A DNA stretch of 27,889 bases from a virus. The notes under the pieces were generated by a model. That model was not told the origin of the DNA, made no database searches, and worked only from the letters and a program-made list of their open reading frames with translations. This document shows positions 20,601 through 24,906 of this stretch, piece after piece; positions within the stretch are counted from its first letter, which is position 1, and each line of letters starts with the position of its first letter. The stretch lies in IMG/VR virus record IMGVR_UViG_3300002064_000002. One strand, 5' to 3'. A program made the position numbers and the translations under genes.

Positions 20601-23600
20601 TGGAAAATCAGGATTATTTATTTCCTGATAGAGACTGTTCCATAGATCATTCATGGATTGATCCATGTCAGTTATCTTAAGTCTGTCTAAAATCTCCTCT
20701 ACAAATGGATCGTCTTTTTTCTCCATCAGTCTTTCCAATGCCTGTCTCTTACTGGTAGTGACTCCGAATATTCTTCTCACTTCCTGTGCTGCAAGAGAGT
20801 AAGGAGTACCAAAGTCCTCCATTCCCAAGTGATTATATACTTGCTGATACTCTCCATCTACATTTACTGTAGTAGGAAGTCTACTTAATAGTATCTTTAC
20901 TGGCTTAGAAAGGGCTTTTACCATACCTATATTACGATCATCACCAAATATCTCCGGCTTGGAGTATTCTTCTTCTGCTACTTCAAAATCTCCGTATTCA
21001 TCTATTACATCAGTATCCTCTATCTGTTCCTCATCTTCTGGAACAAGAAAATCATTGTCTCTGTTTTCAATCTTCTTAGATATCTTTACTTTTACCTTGA
21101 ACATGGTACTGGTCCTTGCCCAGTCTGTCAGAAACGCCTCTCTTGATTCTGTGGTATTGAAGATCTTTATCAGAGACTCTGTCATGTCTAAGTACTCCTG
21201 CTCTGCATCTTCTCCAAATTTCTCTATCTCTTCTCTTATATCTTTTCTCCTTCTATCTATATAAGTTGTTCTCATGAATTCATCAAAGTCCAGGAAGTAA
21301 GAATTATCAAGAGTAGTCTTAGTAAGTCCGTTTTCCTTCTTAGAGCTATCCTGATTCAGAATAAAACTGATAAAAAGATTATCCACTTCCTGTTTTAGAA
21401 GTATCTTATCTGTCTCATTATTAAGATCAATTCCTTTGGGTCCTGGTAAGAATACAGTAGATTTTCTCCTTCTTCTTTTTCTCTTAGCAGGTACTTTTTT
21501 CTCTGTAACATTGACATCAGGCGTATCAGTAATATCTGCTATGAATAAGTTATTGAGAGTAAGTAATGTATCATATACATTGACTCCTTCTACAGTATTA
21601 TCCGTCCTGAAGAAAGGATCTCCTGTCAGTGCTTCAAATATCTTATTAATAAAGTCCTTTATAGATCCTACAAATGTACCGGTCAATAATGAACCCTTTC
21701 TACCTTTCTCCTTAGCATGTAGTCTATTGAGGAACTCCAGTTGCTCGGCATTCAGTTCAAAAGAGATCTCTCTCTTCTTCAACTCTCTGACAAAGTCGCT
21801 ATTAGTGATACCTTTTGCCAGAAGTTCTACTCCCATATCATATTGGTACTCTTCTCCTGGTTTCATTTCAGATTCCAGTCCTACCAGAGTGGATTCAAGG
21901 TTCTTATCAGTTCTTAAGAATGAATCTTCTGCTTCCATATGTTCACTATGGAAAGCATTAGCTAGTTGTCCTACTATATCTTGAAAAGTATTTCTATCTT
22001 TTGTAGATAATTGACTTTCAAAAAAGTCAAGAACTGCATGCAGTCTCTCCTCCTGAAGCACCTCTTCATACAGCCTTTCTCCTTTTTCCTGCCCTAGTTC
22101 ACTGATTAGTTTTCCTTTGACCTTTGGTACTTTAAAAATAGTACCTGTCTTTATTGTCTTACCATCTCTAGTATAAGTGAATGGAGTATTAGGGTCATAA
22201 AAAGCTGGAGTATAGAATCCTTCTTCAAGACCTCGTCCACTGATAGCTTCTTCCACTATTGCTATTTCTTTCTTAGTCTTTGGGAACTTTATCATACCGG
22301 CTGGTATGAGTTTCTTAAGCGCAGAATCGATTCTCTTGAGAACTCGGTTCCTTCTCTCTGTCTTACTGTCATTTCTAGGAGCACTGATTTTGGTCTCTCC
22401 TATTACTTTGCCCCTTCTCTTTTTTTTCTTAACTATCTTTCTCTTAGGGTTAGGATCAAATCTTGCATATCTGTGCTGATCAGATGTAACTGTCTGCAAT
22501 GTCTCCAAGTTGAACTTTTCTACTTTTTCTACTTTATATTTTGGAAAGGATACTGCATTAACATAGTCTATTCCTCTAGGCTCATATCCTTCTGGATCCA
22601 ATCCTAGAGAATGAGCTACAAAGTCTCTTACTGTATTTCCTGTTTGATCCATAACATCATCAGGAACTTTATAAGAATCAGTAAATACTTTATTATAAAC
22701 CTTACTAAGTTCAGTACTTGATAAATCTTTATTTTCTAATTCCTTTGGAATATTCTTAGCAGCAGTAAGACCTTGTCCTTGAAAAAATATTTGAAGATCC
22801 TTCGGATTATCAATGTACATTTTCTTAGGAGAGGGGTTAGCTGGAGACACGTAGAACAGTCTTACATTATTAGCTCCTTCTGAAGTATCAAGGTATAACC
22901 TGCCAAATACAAACTTACCTTTCCTTTCTCCATTACCGTTTAATTCATTGGCTAAGTTCTCTGATCTGAAAGATGCACCGTAGATGAATTGCATGGCATA
23001 TGCTATATCTGTCTGTAGGAAGGTCCTTATTTTCTCTTCTTTAGTATCTGTTATAGAGTAAGTAGTTTGATGACTCCCATCCGGTTGGCTTAATTGAAAT
23101 ACTTTTTCATTCCAATATGTGAACTCGTCTTTACCATCTAATTCTAAGTCTACTTTTCTCTTCAGTTCCAGTTCATTACCAGACTGCATTCTGATACTGA
23201 TCTTTCCTCTATTTTCCAGATCATCCGGATCTCTGTTAATAGTTAAAGTGGATCCTTCAAAGAGAGTAGGTTCTTCTTGAACCATTTCTGATAAATCTGT
23301 ATTATCATTATTCCATATAGATATCTGACTAGAAACATTCTCTATGACAAGAGGGTAGTATTCTCCATTATCTATATTATCAATAAGAGTCTGCATCTTA
23401 CTGAACTTATCCTCATAGATAAATTCTACTGCTTTTTGCTCTGCACTGGATTTTGCATCAGTTTCAAATCCTTTACTATCTATAACTGCTTTAACATGAT
23501 CCTCATTGTTATTAAGATATGCTCTTACATAAGTATCTATCTTTTCCTGAGCATCCAGGCCCTCTTGTTTCCCTACTCTAGTTATGAAGCTGGATTCTGC

Positions 23601-24518
23601 TAATGTCTTACCCATCTTCTCCCTAGATAGAGGTATAATAGGTAATTCAGAAGCATCCTCTCCATCCACTACAGTTAATTCTCTAGGATTGGAATTGTCT
23701 AGTCTAAGAGCTTTAGATTCTAAAAAAGATAACTTATCCTGTATGTTTTCTAACTCTTTTGTTAGTGTATTTTCAGTATCCTTTACAACAAGAAGTACTG
23801 TGCCATCTCTTGCTATTCCCTGCTTATTTCTTCTTTCCTCAGAATCTATATCCTCGAAGTAAGCTTCATTATCCTTAACCATGACTATCTTGTAGTTAGA
23901 GATATTATCATCCGTATCAAGGTACTCTATGACGGCTCTTGCTTCTTTAGTATGTGTTACACTTTTATGAGGTCCTTCCCATGCTACTTGCTTATCCAGT
24001 GGTATCTGTCTACCATCTGTTCTCATATCTATATAATCAGATACTAGTTGATCTTCACCTACTGTAGTAGTCTCTATATCTATTCTTGGTGTACTACTAA
24101 CTCCTATAAATTTCTCTATAGGATAAGCTGCACTATCTCCCTCAAACTTAAATATAACTTTTCCTTTCTCCAGACTGAAAGTAACGTGCTTGAAATTCTG
24201 TTGTTTCTTACCTATAATGTTACCGTCCTCGTCTATATCATTTACAGTTCTTATTCCATCTATTTCAGATATATTTTTACTGATAGTTCTAGTCTGTCTT
24301 TTAAAATTCATAAAAGCTAGACCACCAGGTCCTCCAAGATCCTTGGTATTCTCAGAAACTTCATAAAGTCTATTTCTTATAAGATCTCTCAGATCCTCTA
24401 TGGTATCTACTTCAGCTTCTATCTGAGACTTAGCTTTCCCATCAGAATAAGTAGGTCTATTATTATCAAATAAGAAACTATTAAGTGCTTTATCTTTTAT
24501 TACTAGTTTACAACTCAT
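14694..24518 (-). CDS. Giant single-chain virion DNA-dependent RNA polymerase (two-barrel, crAss-like phi14:2 gp66 type) with N-terminal accessory domains
   Basis: 3274 aa. AYRIPTQ is followed by GSDFDFDK (DFDFD at 17169-17183, aa 2446-2450) and later SVDGAKKP. Upstream second-barrel-type motifs are DSNDAQSYMS, QLKLQY, FLKSS, AIKLG and QFSK. A zincin-like EERLH lies at 22038-22052. Confidence 0.9.
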   Translation of the reverse strand: MSCKLVIKDKALNSFLFDNNRPTYSDGKAKSQIEAEVDTIEDLRDLIRNRLYEVSENTKDLGGPGGLAFMNFKRQTRTISKNISEIDGIRTVNDIDEDGNIIGKKQQNFKHVTFSLEKGKVIFKFEGDSAAYPIEKFIGVSSTPRIDIETTTVGEDQLVSDYIDMRTDGRQIPLDKQVAWEGPHKSVTHTKEARAVIEYLDTDDNISNYKIVMVKDNEAYFEDIDSEERRNKQGIARDGTVLLVVKDTENTLTKELENIQDKLSFLESKALRLDNSNPRELTVVDGEDASELPIIPLSREKMGKTLAESSFITRVGKQEGLDAQEKIDTYVRAYLNNNEDHVKAVIDSKGFETDAKSSAEQKAVEFIYEDKFSKMQTLIDNIDNGEYYPLVIENVSSQISIWNNDNTDLSEMVQEEPTLFEGSTLTINRDPDDLENRGKISIRMQSGNELELKRKVDLELDGKDEFTYWNEKVFQLSQPDGSHQTTYSITDTKEEKIRTFLQTDIAYAMQFIYGASFRSENLANELNGNGERKGKFVFGRLYLDTSEGANNVRLFYVSPANPSPKKMYIDNPKDLQIFFQGQGLTAAKNIPKELENKDLSSTELSKVYNKVFTDSYKVPDDVMDQTGNTVRDFVAHSLGLDPEGYEPRGIDYVNAVSFPKYKVEKVEKFNLETLQTVTSDQHRYARFDPNPKRKIVKKKKRRGKVIGETKISAPRNDSKTERRNRVLKRIDSALKKLIPAGMIKFPKTKKEIAIVEEAISGRGLEEGFYTPAFYDPNTPFTYTRDGKTIKTGTIFKVPKVKGKLISELGQEKGERLYEEVLQEERLHAVLDFFESQLSTKDRNTFQDIVGQLANAFHSEHMEAEDSFLRTDKNLESTLVGLESEMKPGEEYQYDMGVELLAKGITNSDFVRELKKREISFELNAEQLEFLNRLHAKEKGRKGSLLTGTFVGSIKDFINKIFEALTGDPFFRTDNTVEGVNVYDTLLTLNNLFIADITDTPDVNVTEKKVPAKRKRRRRKSTVFLPGPKGIDLNNETDKILLKQEVDNLFISFILNQDSSKKENGLTKTTLDNSYFLDFDEFMRTTYIDRRRKDIREEIEKFGEDAEQEYLDMTESLIKIFNTTESREAFLTDWARTSTMFKVKVKISKKIENRDNDFLVPEDEEQIEDTDVIDEYGDFEVAEEEYSKPEIFGDDRNIGMVKALSKPVKILLSRLPTTVNVDGEYQQVYNHLGMEDFGTPYSLAAQEVRRIFGVTTSKRQALERLMEKKDDPFVEEILDRLKITDMDQSMNDLWNSLYQEINNPDFPVYMQVGFTDSLGDSNFIMSIGGANVKIKRSWTGNFRKHQGNFNLVFPWDDRFEDGGYDGYDEVSGITYDDLVMNLPNNKLVANPVNLKKVIDYALGNGNKEVASRTNTADILYNTFFKVLGFEVDPRTIEDIKKEKKAGNLKFSLISGNIADFINRTAAVKETATKGGLSNPVEQLRKNVANEEANGKVYSIKTLIDTLAREEAKYTRIVSNQYALGAGGKPTPANSKPNFANLVERSINDQAFFEGLMQGVEDNEMYNILSHLNSESFVNSPFYQRIKETILPTGKGSAETKELRKEYREAGKRAVEFINYNGDQNIRKDPKNNTEKTTNNLTDKQWLHLNILTMLRNGFVELPRAETAATAAALKFSDKRLWIPGTTEKSINEQLIKTEMRALASELLRVRQETREGKLLTDNYPKISLSDFKYLESFDLYEDSVDNKEVQDAIREVTLAATSSTTGLGMMFYDAMSDQLEIIEDAVLTYHDHWADLLIEKYEVLDIDAVREYKKGLDENDPHQSMPKELLLKKFSHNYIVHQRESMRLLYGGIHNYPNKGIHKRLKDIISSGKMGSTDRRDWDLYSNDFYDVTAREKQSKEDYNSFHINTMFIDNDVIKLDPDEVETKGKNKGKPTQRAEQAKTLLANGVESRFRAFINTYQIPIEDHAALRAIIEKDTREELFGKDGKGGPLSKMDSNDAQSYMSLDYMRNYLKEKGKWTDKDQKLYKYELAYYKKHYLPGGEKILLPPKPDHRFAQLKLQYRGNAVGENNHAVFLKSSYASLSPSAMHNTPLESLVKKAYEQNIHVFASQEAIKLGIAEGNDSKKSTIVNFFGGSDSNGVNQKFIDNDNFSDQTIQLYSPTLIEQIDTDNKQKTKNRIGSQFSKEIFSNVMHNGRYVDADDNKGILTDSTKKFEYNHNKYKGALRGLLNTQLDKLRLQIGVELGDTSFTMKQSGIGVLVNAIEDQLMKTNDGEIPAPIKDWIHETRDSISNVTTIENTGVDSTLINLITGIVNKNIYRFTIDGTLAVQLSASGFTAGFDNKLKYMPAIGEPSEMMVPMSDNFKPLLKRADVRQRASEKKISKVDALNELIAENAIPADLITAVAYRIPTQLLSSAGVFKIKKFLSASQGPVAILPLEVVGQMGSDFDFDKINLWYPSLDPETGDRITEEYSGDPKKKAKKLNSDKARYTNQLLDATKNSLLHPYNFYNTIKPIDNNYMTDELAELKTKSDQKDYRTNNDDNFGDELDLPTGMDIYAPTVNLQARKFLIETKNLLDIAAANLPFIELFMRAGARMGYPDASGNIVWNRKTNKKTASEVLNIQLLTDAEQASNTDKDGFRLDNQQIIDGVGELKAFLTKVAIQSGYINKSVDGAKKPDLGAAGFNEFTKSVYMFSNFLSIPFSRMKRFMKQPIIFQAGQLVDSGVNKETAVVKMAERYGIPQEYIIKKKRGDKLVKAGLDSRRIFEELGADYFFEDGKFKLEEWSNKAFQEGRYSDKLAELQKKKRPSKDQVEMSFFERTDPEVVEQLAVLAYFNEMDIQAGQMLSIQSFLKVDTSPSRTPMEIQDRRSQISLSDKNLLVQAEYIKKVLEDSEVSPYHQDDAVQTIHENLAPFTYDADLTEAIRKYSTGKKVFAKLKRSQRERLRTLLIADFKEYLVKKTGTVDGVNINQKLSDIANSTYDKYLLMTAEYPELQSDMLYRTHYTNEVEDLTDVYLQVNKDISDTSMVNAIHQSILKIEAIEKIDDRFKGLAKEIALIGFGQAGFRKNHFGFVPSIPRKFMKEFTDGVLDLSILEDLDNSQGLFQKFLKDFEVYNPEFYTSSDPDRSQKRLTPGTRRYRDLEIKVKNTTDAVKGKTVEQISKKDFILDTLREADVDSEAVKNKFVYIDFDSKLPLRDIIAVVSKGGIALVPISELKSDERMRDFLKVENIEIAQDDSGLLEYKKGEEVMFLYDSSEIKEVKDLSQSQKDNLSKKCN

Positions 24519-24906
24519 GGTTACATTTGCTTATAATATAATCTCCTTCATCGGTTTCTTCAAAGTTCCTTGTTATGAGGGTATTAGTACAAGTTACTAT
24601 ATTAAACAGGGGTCCCTCATACTTTATCTTAGATAGTTCTGGACATGGGATACTATACCCCACTCTATTGATCTTACCGTCCAATAAAGATATGGATTTT
24701 CCACATAAAAAGATTTTACCATCTCTATAGTAGTCTAGAACGCCATTATACTCTTTGATAATATTTACTTCCAATATCTTAGTAGACTTGAATTTATTCT
24801 TGTCATAGCCTATAATATCTTCTACATTCTCTACTTTGGTAATATACTCCCATCCCTTAGTAGTCAATATCTCTGTAGTGGCAGGCCACCATGTTCTCTT
24901 ATTCAT
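24508..24906 (-). CDS. Stand-alone degenerate Hint/intein-like domain protein
   Basis: 132 aa from the TAATG-coupled ATG at 24906 (135 aa from 24915). WWPATTEILTTKGW aligns with intein block A (CxxxxTEILTxxGW). EYNGVL matches the YxGxM strand, and IKYEGPLFNIVT..NTLITRN...IISKCN aligns with blocks F/G. The catalytic Cys1, block B TxxH and the +1 nucleophile are absent. Confidence 0.7.
   Translation of the reverse strand: MNKRTWWPATTEILTTKGWEYITKVENVEDIIGYDKNKFKSTKILEVNIIKEYNGVLDYYRDGKIFLCGKSISLLDGKINRVGYSIPCPELSKIKYEGPLFNIVTCTNTLITRNFEETDEGDYIISKCNHEL

Noticed and set aside
21459-22448. Eukaryotic virus origin suggested by NLS-like basic tracts
   Set aside because: Overlapping operon structure, a bacterial promoter-like motif and tail-spike genes indicate a bacteriophage.
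14694-24518. Cellular rpoB/rpoC or eukaryotic RdRP assignment
   Set aside because: There is no NADFDGD motif or zinc-binding Cys, and the motifs and gene context match phage virion RNAPs.
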